64,000 nucleotides of DNA from Octopus vulgaris (GCA_951406725.2 OX597834.1:39680001-39744000); one strand, 5' to 3'. Shown: positions 1-12,621, counted from the first letter of the stretch. A program made the numbers and translations. The notes: generated by a model not told the origin, from the sequence alone.

Positions 1-41
1 TTCCATTGTCTCGACCACGGTCGAATAATGATGATGATGAA
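1..41 (+). mobile_element. 3' terminus of RTE-clade LINE with (GAT)n tail
   Basis: TTCCATTGTCTCGACCACGGTCGAATAATGATGATG is nearly identical to the 3' end of the RTE fragment on the minus strand at 45454-45883. Confidence 0.85.
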
Positions 42-114
42 TACTAGACATTTCAGCTCATCTAAAACAGCTAATTACACACAAACACACACACATATAT
101 ATATTTATGTGTGA

Positions 115-150
<36 letters not shown>

Positions 151-451
151 CAGAATGAATGTTTACAATCTACACAAAGCCGTAGTTATGCACGCTGTGG
201 CGCCACATACGAAGAGCACTTGTGTTACTCTCTTCTTACTCTTTCACTTGTTTCAGTCGTTTGAGTGCGGCCATGCTGGAGCACCGCCTTTAGTCGAGCA
301 AATTGACCCCAGGACTTATTTTTTTGTAAGCCTAGTACTTATTCTATCGGTCACTTTTTGCCGAACTGCTAAGTTATGGGGACATAAACACACCAGCATC
401 AGTTGTCAAGCGATGTTGGGGGGGGGGGGGGGGCAAACACAGACATATACA

Positions 452-585
452 AGGCATCCAGTTGTAGAAACACTGCCAGATCAGACTGGGCCTGGTGCAG
501 CCTTCTGGCTTCCCAGAACCTGGTCGAACCGTCCAACCCATGCTAGCATGGACAGCGGACGCTAAACGATGATGATGATGATGAT
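452..585 (+). mobile_element. Family B retroposon 3' end with (GAT)n tail
   Basis: GGCATCCAGTTGTAGAAACACTGCCAGATCAGACTGG...CCAACCCATGCTAGCATGGA...GATGATGAT, a motif repeated more than 10 times in the window. Confidence 0.8.
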
Positions 586-588
586 ATA

Positions 589-960
589 GGCGCAGGAGTG
601 GCTGTGTGGTAAGTAGCTTGCTTACCAACCACATGGTTCCGGGTTCAGTCCTACTGCGTGGCATCTAGGACAAGTGTCTTCTGCTATAGCCCCGGGCCGA
701 CCAATGCCTTGTGAGTGGATTTGGTAGACAGAAACTGAAAGAAGCCTGTCATATATATGTTTGTGTTTGTTCCCCTAGCATTGCTTGACAACCGATGCTG
801 GTGTGTTTACGTCACTTAGTGGTTCGGCAAAAGGGACCAATAGAATAAGTACTGGGCTTACAAGGAATAAGTCCTGGGGTCGATTTGCTCGACTAAAGGT
901 GTTGCTCCAGCATGGCCGCAGTCAAATGACTGAAACAAGTAAAAGAGTAAAAGAAAAGAG
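589..960 (+). mobile_element. tRNA-derived SINE family A, full length
   Basis: Head GGCGCAGGAGTGGCTGTGTGGTAAG (A box-like) and GGTTCAGTCC (B box-like), internal TA/TG microsatellite, tail ...GACTGAAACAAGTAAAAGAGTAAAAG. Confidence 0.9.
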
Positions 961-1165
961 TAATACGACAGGCTTTTTTCAGTTTCCATCAAGTGAACTC
1001 ACTGACAAGGCATGGGTTGGCCCAGGGCTATAGTAGAAGACACTTGCTGGTACAGTGTCTTTTTTTTTTATTATTTTGACCCCAAAAGCTGGCAGGGTGT
1101 GATTTCAGGTAGATTTTGTGTGTGTGTGTGTGGGGGGGGGAGTCCTGTTTCTAGCAATTAGAAAG

Positions 1166-2354
1166 ACATATGGTAACAATATGAAACACAGGATCCACTA
1201 AGCCAGCTTGGTGCTACACACACACACACACAGAGCAGTGAACTAATTCTAAAATATTTACGTAATTCCTCCGTAGTCAAATGTTTACAACATTGCTTCC
1301 ACAGAACCAATAATTTTCAAGAAGATTCTTCCATTTAAATCCCCTCCTCTTCCTCCTTCTTCCCGCCATTTCTTTCGATTCTCCAGTTCTTGCAGCAGAG
1401 TAATTAATATGCGTGAGACAGAAGAATGGTACCATGCTTCAAAAGTGAAATCCAGTTGAGAGAAAAGAAGCTGAATTTTTTCAAAGATATATGTGTGTGT
1501 GTGTGCATGTCTCCCTCTCTCTGCCTCACACACAAAATATTGATGTTTCGGTTATGGTTGGTTACATTCTCATTACTTCAGTTTTCTTTCCAGATGGCAA
1601 TCATCAGATAGTAAATGAACTGTAGAGGGTCTGTAATAAGTTAAAGCTTTTTACAGGACTGCAATATTTACTCAACGTATTTCGTCTCTCTTTACGTTCT
1701 GAGTTCAAATTCCGAGGTCAACTTTGCCTTTCATACTTTTGGGGTCAATAAATTAAGTACCAGCCGCATACTGGGATTGATCTAATCGACTTCCCCATCC
1801 ACCTCCCCCAAAAAATTGCAGGCTTTGTGCCTAAAGTAGAAAAGAATTACTTTCAGTATCGATAAAGTACCAGTTGCGTACTGGGGTTGATCTAATCGAC
1901 TGCCCCATCCACCTCCCCAAAAATTGCGGGCTTTGTGCCTGGAGTAGAAAAGAATTACTTTCAGTATCGATAAAGTACCAGTTGCGTACTGGGGTTGATC
2001 TAATTGACTGCCCTCCCCGCTCTACCTTCCCCAAAATTGCGGGCCTTGTGCCTAGAATAGAAAAAGAATATTTACTCAGCTTAATGTACTGAATACTCTG
2101 TACCATGATGTTTGTATGAATGTATGTCATCTCTTCATTTTTATTATCTTGTTTCAATCACAGAACTGCGACCATGCTGTAGCACCACCTTGAAAGGTTT
2201 AGTGGAACATATGGTAACAATATCAAACACAGGATCCACTAAGCCAACTTGGTACTACACACACACACACACATACAGAACAGAGAACTAATTCTAAAAT
2301 ATTTACGTAATTCCGTAGTCAAATGTTTACAACATTGCTTCAACAGAACCAATA

Positions 2355-2357
<3 letters not shown>
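1166..2357 (+). repeat. ~150-bp direct duplication (1166-1315 and 2207-2357)
   Basis: ACATATGGTAACAATAT...GGATCCACTAAGCCA...CTAATTCTAAAATATTTACGTAATTCC...CAGAACCAATAATT occurs twice, and I saw it nowhere else in the window. Confidence 0.9.
1675..2066 (+). mobile_element. 5'-truncated SINE family C with triplicated ~110-bp 3' module and 12-bp TSD
   Basis: B box-like GAGTTCAAATTCC and central GGTCAACTTTGCCTTTCAT...GGGGTCAATAAATTAAGTACCAG; three tandem AAGTACCAG...GTAGAAAAGAA modules; AATATTTACTCA at 1663-1674 and 2067-2078. Confidence 0.85.
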
Positions 2358-2389
<32 letters not shown>

Positions 2390-2404
2390 TACTATTATTA
2401 TTAT

Positions 2405-2553
2405 GGAGTGAGAGAGCAGTGCATGCCATCAAAGTGACACTGGGGTAAAATATACGAAGCCCAGTATACCCATCATGACTACCCGTCTGATTAGGATACA
2501 CCAGGCACAAGCATCACAACCATATGTGCGCGACATGGTGATCTCATATCAAG
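2405..2553 (-). mobile_element. Family E 3' fragment embedded in (ATT)n
   Basis: Reverse complement of about 24465-24613, flanked on both sides by (ATT)n/(ATC) tracts. Confidence 0.85.
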
Positions 2554-2563
2554 ATTATTATTA

Positions 2564-2594
<31 letters not shown>

Positions 2595-2650
2595 CATTAT
2601 TATTATTATTATCATTATTATTATCATTATTATTATTATTATCATTATTA

Positions 2651-2703
<53 letters not shown>

Positions 2704-4380
2704 TAATCCCAATACTCATTGTGTTGGTCTCTTTTGCTAAACTGCGAAGTTATGAAGTTATGGGGATGTTCACAAACCAACACCAGTCACCAAGAAGTGC
2801 TAAGGGACATACATAAAACACATGCACACACACACACACACAATGGATTTCTTTTTTGTTTCCGTCTCCCAAATCCACTTACAAAGCTTTGATTGGCTCA
2901 AGGCCAAAGTAGAAAACACTTACCCAAGGTACCATGCAATGGGATTGAACCAGGAACTATGTTGTCAGCAATCAAACTTCTTAACCACACTGGTGCCATG
3001 GGTGTGTATAAACAACTTGAATCTTAAAATGATTGTTTTGTTTACCAACATTGCATGACCTTGCACACACACACACACACACACACACAAATATTGCGCA
3101 TTATACATGGGAAAAGAAACTGGCCCAAGGTGCCCTGTAGTAGGATTGAACTGAAAATCACATGGCTGCAAAGTGAGCCTAACCACACAGCCATGCCTGT
3201 CTATATTCCCAACAATGGATTAATTCTTAAGGCTCTTATTCATTCTGACCTACACAGTAAATGTTGTTGTTGTTCAGCCTTGAGATGACCCTCGACCAGG
3301 AGGGAAGGGGAGAGGATTTGGCTGTTATTTCTAGCAAATTGAACAGCTTTGAAATATTTGCTACTGACAGAGAGGTGAACCCTAATTCAGTCCTGAATAT
3401 ATATCCTACCCCTGTCTGCTAAAACCTCTCAGAAAGGGGTTCAAAATAATCTACATTTATTCTACACTACTTTAGATTCATAAAAAATTAAATAAATAAA
3501 GAAAAAAATAAAGAAAAAATTAACAGAAAAGAGAAAACAATGAAAAGCAGTGTTTCTCTGAGAATCACTCTCTCTCACTCACCACTCCCATCATCACACC
3601 ACTGACCAAAATTCTCTCAACCAGAACTGTTTCTGCTCTGTTGACCTCGACAGTAAGCAGGTCATTTAAACTCCACTCCATAACCTCAGGCAACTCACTA
3701 GGTTTTGAGGTTAAAATATTCTTGGAGGATTCCTCCTTTGGTGCCTTGATTCTCAACCATCTTTTTCTATTCTTTTTTTTTTATCTATGATCCCCTTGGA
3801 TTCTTATTTTAATCAGATGAACCCTCACAGGCATTTGATGTTAAAAAAAAAACCCTGCTATTCTATATTTACAATTAAATATTATCAGGAATTGGTTAAG
3901 AAAATCAAAATATTTTGCATAGGTAGGAGTGGCTGTGTGGTAAGTAGCTTGCTTAGCAATCACATGGTCCTGGGTTCAGTCCCACTGCATGGCACTTTGG
4001 GCAAGTGTCTTCTACTATAGCCTTGGACTGACAAAAGCCTTGTGAGTGGATTAGGTAGACTGAAGGAAACTGGAAGCCTGTTGTATATGTAAATAACAAT
4101 TGAAAGACAGAAGATGGAATATATGAGCATATATTATTAATCACAAAAATTGTTTTGACAATCTATCATCGATGCCTCTTGTGGGACACACAAAAACTGG
4201 TTCAGGACTATCTGGTGGTGCAGATGTATCTTGTCGGGTGATAAATAAATGTATATGTATGTGTGTGTCTGTGTTTGTCCCCAAGGCTTTAGCAGAAGAC
4301 ACTTGCCCAAGGTGCCACACTGTGGGATTGAACCCAGAACCATGTGGTTGGGAAGCCAGCTTCTTACCACACACATTGTC

Positions 4381-4565
4381 TCTACACATGAACTGTAAAT
4401 ATACACACTTTCTACACATGACTTGTATATACATGAACTGTACATACGTACTTTTACTATACACTAACTATTTACATATTCTTTCTACACATGAACTGTA
4501 TATACATTCTTTCCACACATAAACTGTATATACATTCTTTCTACACATGAACTGTGTATACATCC
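4381..4565. repeat. ~28-bp minisatellite (TCTACACATGAACTGTATATACATTCTT)
   Basis: About 6 degenerate tandem copies are visible. Confidence 0.75.
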
Positions 4566-4844
4566 TGCCTACTCCTTGGACTTGGCATCAAAAAATTTCG
4601 TTTTGGTTAATGATTTCAACAGATTCCAGATCTCAGTGAACCATAACAGACTGGATGCTGGTGGTATGGTTGTATGGTGGAGGGGGCAGGGGAGGTGATG
4701 TGGTAGGAGGAAAAGTGAGAGGGACAGGAATGGTGGTGGTGGTGAAGTGAAGTGGGAGGTGGGGAGAATGAAGACATCAAAGGAACTTTCCCATATATCC
4801 ATTCCTGTTGACCGCTTACACACACATACAGTATACCCATATAT

Positions 4845-5211
4845 ATTCTGTTACTTGTTTCAGTCATTTGACTGCGGCCATGCTGGAGCACCACCTTTAG
4901 TCGAGCAAATCAACCCCAGGACTTATTCTTTGTAAGCCTTGTACTTATTCTATCGGCCTCTTTTGCCGAACTGCTAAGTTACGGAGACGTAAACACACCA
5001 ACATCAGTTGTCAAGCAATGTTGCGGGGACAAACACAGACACACACATATATACGACGGGCTTCTTTCAGTTTCCGTCTACCAAATCCACTCACAAGGCT
5101 TCGGTCAGCCCGAGGCTATGGTAGAAGACACTTGCCCAAGGTGCCACACAGTGAGACTGAACCTGGAACCATGTGGTTGGGAAGCAAGCTACTTACCACA
5201 CAACCACTCCT
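4845..5211 (-). mobile_element. SINE family A, near full length
   Basis: Reverse complement of the 589-960 consensus. Confidence 0.9.
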
Positions 5212-5217
5212 GATATA

Positions 5218-5256
<39 letters not shown>

Positions 5257-5662
5257 CACACTCAGACAGTAAAAAATTCATACAATCACACACATACACA
5301 GTCCTATATACATTCATACACACACATTAACATATATTTACACAGCTTCATCTATAATCACCCACAGCCACACAGATTCATACACACAAACACACACACA
5401 CATATGCATACATATACATACACGCATATATATACATACATATATACATACATATACATATATTCATACACACACATATATACATACACACACACACACA
5501 CACACATTCACAAATACACTCAGCCATCTCTTCTGGGTACACTGCTGTTTGTAGTCTCCCTATCACCTACCCCACCACCAACACCCTCACTAAGCTCAAA
5601 TATGAAAAAAGCAAACAAAAACATGATTCAATATTTGAAAGCTGTTACAACTCTCAACACTT

Positions 5663-5873
<211 letters not shown>

Positions 5874-5939
5874 TATGCACATACACATACCTACAAGTCT
5901 TCATACAACATTTAGCCAATAGCTTTACTATGATGTTCA

Positions 5940-5996
<57 letters not shown>

Positions 5997-5997
5997 A

Positions 5998-6406
5998 CGG
6001 TGGCTGTGTGGTAAGAAGCTTGCTTCCCAACCACATGGTTCCGGGTTCAATCCCACTGCATGGCACCTTGGGCAAGTGTCTTCTACTATAGCCTCGGGCT
6101 GACCAAAGCCTTGTGAGTGGATTTGGTAGATGGAAACTGGAAGAAGTCTGTCGTATATATGTATGTATATGTATGTGTGTGTATAGGTTTGTGTATCTGT
6201 GTTTGTCCCCCCACCATTGCTTGACAACCGATAGTGGTGTGTTTATGTCCCCGTAACTTAGTGGTTCAGCAAAAGAGACTAATAGAATAAGTACTAGGCT
6301 TACAAAGAATAAGTCCTGGGGTCGATTTACTCGACTAAAAGGCGGTGCTCCAGCATGGCCGCAGTCAAATTACTGAAACAAGTAAATGAGAGAGTATATA
6401 TATATG

Positions 6407-6440
<34 letters not shown>

Positions 6441-6687
6441 GGAGTGGCTGTGTGGTAAGAAGCCTGTTGTATATATATATATATGTATGTATGTGTGTGT
6501 GTGAGTTTGTCTCCCCAACATCGCTTGACAACCGATGCTGGTGTGTTTATGTCCCCGTAACTTAGCAGTTCGGCAAAAGAGACCGATAGAATAAGTACTA
6601 GGCTTACAAAGAATAAGTCCTCGACTAAAGGCGGTGCTACAGCATGGCCGCAGTCGAATGACTGAAACAAGTAAAAGAATAAAAGAA
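5998..6687 (+). mobile_element. Two tandem SINE family A copies (5998-6392; 6440-6687 with internal deletion)
   Basis: Both match the family A head and tail. The second jumps from the A box straight to AAGAAGCCTGTTG. Confidence 0.85.
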
Positions 6688-7329
6688 TATATATGTACAC
6701 ATACACACAATATGTATATTCACACACACACACACATATTGTATATGTACAATGTGTGTGTGTATACATACATACATATATACACGCAGGCATTGTATAT
6801 AGATAGACTGAGACAGGTGGATGTGTGGGGAGCGACTGACCCTGTGAGTCAGAATCAGCTGATGCTCAGACTAGATTTAAAAGGGTCTCAGCTCCTTCTT
6901 TAAACCCCCTACTACAGTTGAGGGGAGATGGCGGTGGGAGGAGGATGAGGAGAAGGAGGAGGGTGAGTGGGAAAGGGGATGGGTGAGTGCAGGGGACTGT
7001 AGGCTAATTGCTGCTGATAAAAGGTAAAACTTGCCAACACATACAACAGCTCAGTGTAGGCCTGTGTAAGTGTGTGCGTACATGCATGTATGTGTGTATG
7101 TATGTACATGTTCCTTTATTCATATACTTGTTTCAGTCATTTGACTGCGGCCATGCTGGAGCACCGCCTTTAGTCGAGCAAATCGACCCGAGGACTCATT
7201 CTTTGTAAGCCTTGTACTTATTTCCATTGGTGTCGTTTGCCGAACCGCCAAGTTACGGTGACGTAAACACACCAGCATCGGTTGTCAAGCGATGTTGGAG
7301 AGGACAAACACAACACATATATATATCAC

Positions 7330-7514
7330 GTGTGTACCGTTGGCGATTTTTTTCCTCCGTCTTCCCTTCTTTGGATCTTTCCGTTTCCTATGTTTCTGAC
7401 GAAGAGCTCCGCTCGAAACGTTAAACCTTCCTTCCTTCCTGAGCGTCCAATAATACTATATTTGTTCCACGTCCTCGCGTTGTTGTGTTTTTTTGTGCTT
7501 TCTTGTTTGGATTA

Positions 7515-7520
<6 letters not shown>
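7330..7520 (+). mobile_element. Probable Penelope-like element (PLE) terminal-repeat remnant
   Basis: Pyrimidine-rich insert in (TA)n that carries a minimal hammerhead motif typical of PLE pseudo-LTRs. No ORF remains. Confidence 0.6.
7392..7426 (+). ncRNA. Minimal type I hammerhead ribozyme motif
   Basis: GTTT-CTGACGA-A-GAGC-TCC-GCTC-GAAAC-GTT-AAAC: helix I GUUU/AAAC, core CUGANGA and GAAA, helix II GAGC/GCUC, palindromic loop-less helix III (ACGU), GUU cleavage triplet. Confidence 0.75.
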
Positions 7521-7584
<64 letters not shown>

Positions 7585-8714
7585 AGGGGTTTCTTGCAGT
7601 TTCTGTCTACCAAATCCACTCACAAGGCTTTGGTCAGCCTGAGGCTATAGTACAAGACACTTGTGTCTTGGGCACCTTGGACAAGTCCTACGTAGTGGGA
7701 CTGGGCTCGGAACCTTTTTGTAAAAGACTCTATGCATATATATATGCATATATACATATATGATGGACTTCTACACAGTTTCCGTCTACCACCTTCACTC
7801 ACAGGGCATTGGTCAACCCAGCGCCATAGTAGAAGACACTCGGGATGTGTGACCAAAAGAACAACTGTCCAAGATGATGGTCAACATTGATAAAAAAAAA
7901 AGCACAAGTAAGCAAAACAACTTGACTGTAATTAACTGGTAGTTTACTACCAGTAATTAACTGGGGAACATATTATTAATCATCAATGGAGGAAAAGTAT
8001 TTAACTGCCATCAGGGCACCACAGAATATTACAACACATTACATATAACAACAACTTGTAATAATGACAAGAGAACAACAATACGAATATAATGATGGCT
8101 TGTAGTGGTGATGGTGGTGGTATGTAGGGGGGTTGAAGCAGTGCTGGTTGGTGGAAGTCATGGTTGGGTGGGTGAGGCAGTGAATCCTTGTCAGGAAGAA
8201 ATAAAGAAATTTAGTTGAAAATATCCTCCCAGCCACCCAAATACCCATCCCTGTTCTCATGTATTTTATTTATCAACTATATATAAAAAAAAAACACTCA
8301 CAGAAAGGTTTTCTTCGTTATAAGATCGTAGTGTGACACACAGACATTGTGATGGGAGTGGGTCGTGTTTACCTCCGTCTCTCTCACACATACACACACA
8401 CACACACAGACACACGCACATACACATACATACAGAACAGAAGCGGTGTCGGTGGTGCTGTAAGCTAAGCTGATATTTTGTTGGAAACAAGGTGCTTGAA
8501 TGCAAATTAAGCATGTCACCTAAATGTCATCGACGACACGATAGTGGGACAGACAGACAGACAAATGTATTAAATGAGAGTATTACTAAAGTGGGGAGGG
8601 AGGGGCAGAGAGAGAGAGAGAGAAAGAACAAAGTGTAGTTGAATGTCACGGGTTAAAAAGCGAAAGAAAACTACGTCGGTCTTCAGTTCTTGTGTATAAT
8701 AAACAGGCCATTAT

Positions 8715-8752
<38 letters not shown>

Positions 8753-8753
8753 T

Positions 8754-8784
<31 letters not shown>

Positions 8785-8879
8785 CATCTATATATACATA
8801 TTTATATACTTTATATTACTCTACCACTGTTATTTGAGTACTCTTTTTTCCACCTTGTTTCACATTTGTGTTTACTCCG

Positions 8880-8926
<47 letters not shown>

Positions 8927-9267
8927 TACATACATACATACATACATACATACATACATACATACATACATACATACATACATACATACGTACGTACGTG
9001 TGAGTGTATGTGTGTTGTTTTGTTAAATTTCCTCTGCGTTTCGTTTTTCCCTTGTTGTTTTTGAAAATAATAATCTGGTGAAAATTTGAAATACTTGAAG
9101 TGGTTGGAAGAAATTTAACAAGATCCGGTGTTTTCGAGCTGTTTTAATTAATGTTATGCTACCATTTTATTAATAATACACACTGTTTTATGCTCACAAT
9201 TCGCTATATGCGACGGAGTGTGTGTGTGTGTACATATACACACAATCGGCAAAAGATGACCACCCCA

Positions 9268-9307
9268 TGAGTGGATTTGGTAAACGGAAACTGAAAGAAG
9301 CTCGTCG

Positions 9308-9340
<33 letters not shown>

Positions 9341-9542
9341 TTATTTGTTTGCCCCCACCACCACCACCATCGCTTGACAACCGATGCTGGTGTGTTTACG
9401 TCCCCGTAACCTAGCGGTTCGGCAAAAGAGGCCGATAGAATAAGTACTAGGCTTACAAAGAATAAGTCCTGGGGGTCGATTTGTTCGACTAAAAGCGGTG
9501 CTCCAGCATGGCCGCAGTCAAATGGCTGAAACAAATAAAAGA

Positions 9543-9604
<62 letters not shown>

Positions 9605-9965
9605 GATAGTCACTGTGTGGTAAGAAGTTTGCTTCCTAACCAGATGGTTCCGGGTTCAATGCCCTTCCGTAGCAACCTTGGGCAAGTGTCCTCTCTCATA
9701 GCTTCGAGCCGAACAAAGCTTTGTGAGCGGATCTGGCAGACGGAAACTGAAAGAAGCCTGATGTAATTATGTTTATATCTATATGTGTCTCCTTGTGTTT
9801 CGTCTCCCACCACTGCTTGGCCAGCAGTGTCGGTTTGTTTACGTCCCCAGTGACTTAACAGTTCGGCAGACAACGCCGACAGAATAAGAACCAAGCTTTA
9901 AAAAAAAGTACTAAAACCCTTCAAGGCGGAGCCCCAGCATGGCCGCAATCTAATAGCTGAACAAA
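9268..9965 (+). mobile_element. Two SINE family A copies (9268-9545 5'-truncated; 9608-9965 diverged)
   Basis: Both match the family A body and tail. Confidence 0.85.
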
Positions 9966-10757
9966 TAAACGATTGTACGATTGTATGTATGTATGTATAT
10001 ATGTATGTATGATGTATGTATGTATGTACATACTTTAATATGTGTGTTACTTAATAAACACTCTATTTAGTATCAAACCCTATAAAATCTACAATTATGT
10101 TTAAGATCCTGTTTCTCTCAAATGATGAAAGGGTTTACGAAACACGAAGATCTCTCAAAATGCGACGAAGACAAGAAAACCTGGGAATCGATAAAACGTT
10201 TGTTACACACGGAATTTAAATATAATTGTGTGTTGCGTATATAAAAATGTATGTATATGTGGTGTGTGTGTGTGTGTGTATTTTTAAGGAGCCAGCAGAG
10301 AGGAAATGGAATTATTTTCCCATAAAGCCCCACCAGCACCGCCCCTGATAGGTCGAGACCGGAGCCTTCCCCGGTCAAATCCGAAGAGAGATAAATAGAT
10401 TTTACAGATATGTTTGTTAACGGGGAGGGGAAGAGAGTAACGTATGTCTATGAGGTGGTGGGAGGAAGGGTGAAAGAAAGAGACTAATGTGTGCATAAGA
10501 GAGAAAGGCTAAGGTAAATGTGTAAGAGAGAGAGTGGGGAGAAAGGCAGGAAAATATTTGAGAGGAATCAGTGGATATCCATTAATCTATTCGCAGTTTT
10601 CCGCCTTAGAAATATACAGAACCAGACGGAAAGGCTGACAGCCAGAGACGGTATATTTAGAAACCCTGCTAAGAATCGAACTGGTGTTCATTTCATATTT
10701 GTATTATTGTTCATTCATTTTGTCATGTGAAGATTTGGGGCTGGGTCAAACGGACCC

Positions 10758-11707
10758 TTTTTGTGCTGTTTAGCCTAGGTCAATTCTGCTCCAGCAGACT
10801 TAGGATCAAAGACATTCGAACCATGACCCATCTTGTCTGTTTTGTATATCAGCGACTGTTATTGTCCAATGTGTTCTTCCTTTAAGCCCCTGTACTGTGC
10901 TTTTCGGTTGCTATTTCTAGCAGAGGCTTTCTCTTGTGTCGGTTAGGGTCCGATTCGTGGCTGAGCTTAAAAGATACTTTTGGTCCGGAAGCTACGCAGT
11001 CAGATTGAACCTTTTAACTAATGATTATAATAATAATAAAACGAATTTCTTAACCATTCGACCTCGGCCATATCTGCATCCTACACACACACGCACAAAC
11101 ACATACCCTACGTGATCATGCCACCGGCTAAAAATAGCAGCCAAATTTCCCTGAAATCACTTTGTATTATCCGGAAGGAAAGCAATGTCAGATAATGTAG
11201 CCCTAGGTACAGAAAAAGTTAGAATGGCCAAGGTTGGAATGGCTCTCTATCTTAAATCTACTTGAATAGAACTGACCTAGAATTAAACAAGCGATTCCAA
11301 AACAATTCCTAAAAGGAACTTTTATGCCAACTTGTAAATGGTCACTCAATAAGCTTGAAATAGCAGCAAAAATTGCATCAGATAACACTATTGCTTTTAG
11401 GAAGGACATGGTAGATAATGTAGTCTTAGATATATTTGGTTTAAAAATAAGACTGTCGTGGCTGAAACATCGTTGATCATAGGTAAGTTGCATGCGAGCA
11501 GACCGGTGGTTAGAGAAACAACACTACAAAGAGAGAAAGCCTCTGCTAGAAATAGCAACCGAAAAGCACCGTACTGGGGCTTAAAGGAAGAACACGTTGG
11601 AGAATAACAGTCGCAGATATACAAAACAGACAAGATGGTCATGGTTCGAATGTCTTTGATCCTAAGTCTGCTGGAGAAGAGTTGACCTAGGCTAAACAAC
11701 ACAAAAA
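10758..11707. repeat. Cluster of four family D retroposon copies; the outer two form a ~176-bp inverted repeat
   Basis: GCTAGAAATAGCA...GATGGTCATGG...GACCTAGGCTAAACAAC at 10758-10934 (-), about 11125-11290 (+), about 11353-11522 (+) and 11532-11707 (+). Confidence 0.9.
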
Positions 11708-11910
11708 TACCAGCTGTTCCTTACAGAACGGTTTACCATTAATGTTGTGTATTTATTTGCGTGTGGTGTGTATATAACATATCAAGTTTGATAATGAAAA
11801 CCAGGAAAATAAAACTCAAAACATTTTATATATAATGAGTTTGATATTGTTCACAATTGCATTATGCCCTAATAAAGTGGTGTCTATATGTCAGTTTTTC
11901 CGTTGCCTTT

Positions 11911-11965
<55 letters not shown>

Positions 11966-12181
11966 GATATTTTTGCTTAAGAATAATAAATTTTAGTTAA
12001 GAAAAGCATAGAATAAACGTATCAAATTAATGTAAAATTGTTTTTATTGTAACTGAACATAAAAACAAACACACACATTTATTTATTTATTTAATCTGCA
12101 GAAGTCAGAGTGACTCAAGGCTCGAGAGTTTCGTTCATTGGTACTTAGTAAATTCCATGCACAAACCGTCGGTGTTGTGTT

Positions 12182-12217
<36 letters not shown>

Positions 12218-12260
12218 ATATATATATAAAGAGAGAGAGAGAGAGAGATATGTATGTATG

Positions 12261-12312
<52 letters not shown>

Positions 12313-12324
12313 TATGTATGCATG

Positions 12325-12382
<58 letters not shown>

Positions 12383-12408
12383 TAGAAATATGTATGCATG
12401 TATGTATG

Positions 12409-12440
<32 letters not shown>

Positions 12441-12621
12441 GTGTATAGCCATATAAACGATACATGCACACTTTGTAAAAGTTAGTTTCGGTTTCAAATG
12501 TCAACCAAAACAGACAGAATGTGTGCGATTAGGGAACAATAAAACTACTACCACCACCACCACCACTACTACTACTACCAATGTTGTTACTACTACCATC
12601 ACCATTTCGACGACAATGACG

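Larger units (their letters stand above)
232..1048 (-). mobile_element. SINE family A copy, split by nested insertions (tail 232-450, head-side part 963-1048)
   Basis: Reverse complement of the family A tail and body. It is interrupted at its internal microsatellite by the elements at 452-585 and 589-960. Confidence 0.8.
7125..7710 (-). mobile_element. SINE family A split by a Penelope-like fragment (tail 7125-7320, head-side 7586-7710)
   Basis: Family A halves lie on either side of the 7330-7520 insert and (TA)n. Confidence 0.75.

Noticed and set aside
3641-3666. Nuclear-receptor half-sites (TGACCT...AGGTCA; a DR1-like TGACCTTTGACAC at 35354) and TAATTA-rich islands such as 16040-16150
   Set aside because: Short motifs are expected by chance in 64 kb, and no conservation data are available to support enhancer calls.
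7928-7964. Small hairpin ACTGGTAG-TTTA-CTACCAGT between two GTAATTAACTGG direct repeats
   Set aside because: Too short to distinguish from a replication-slippage product.
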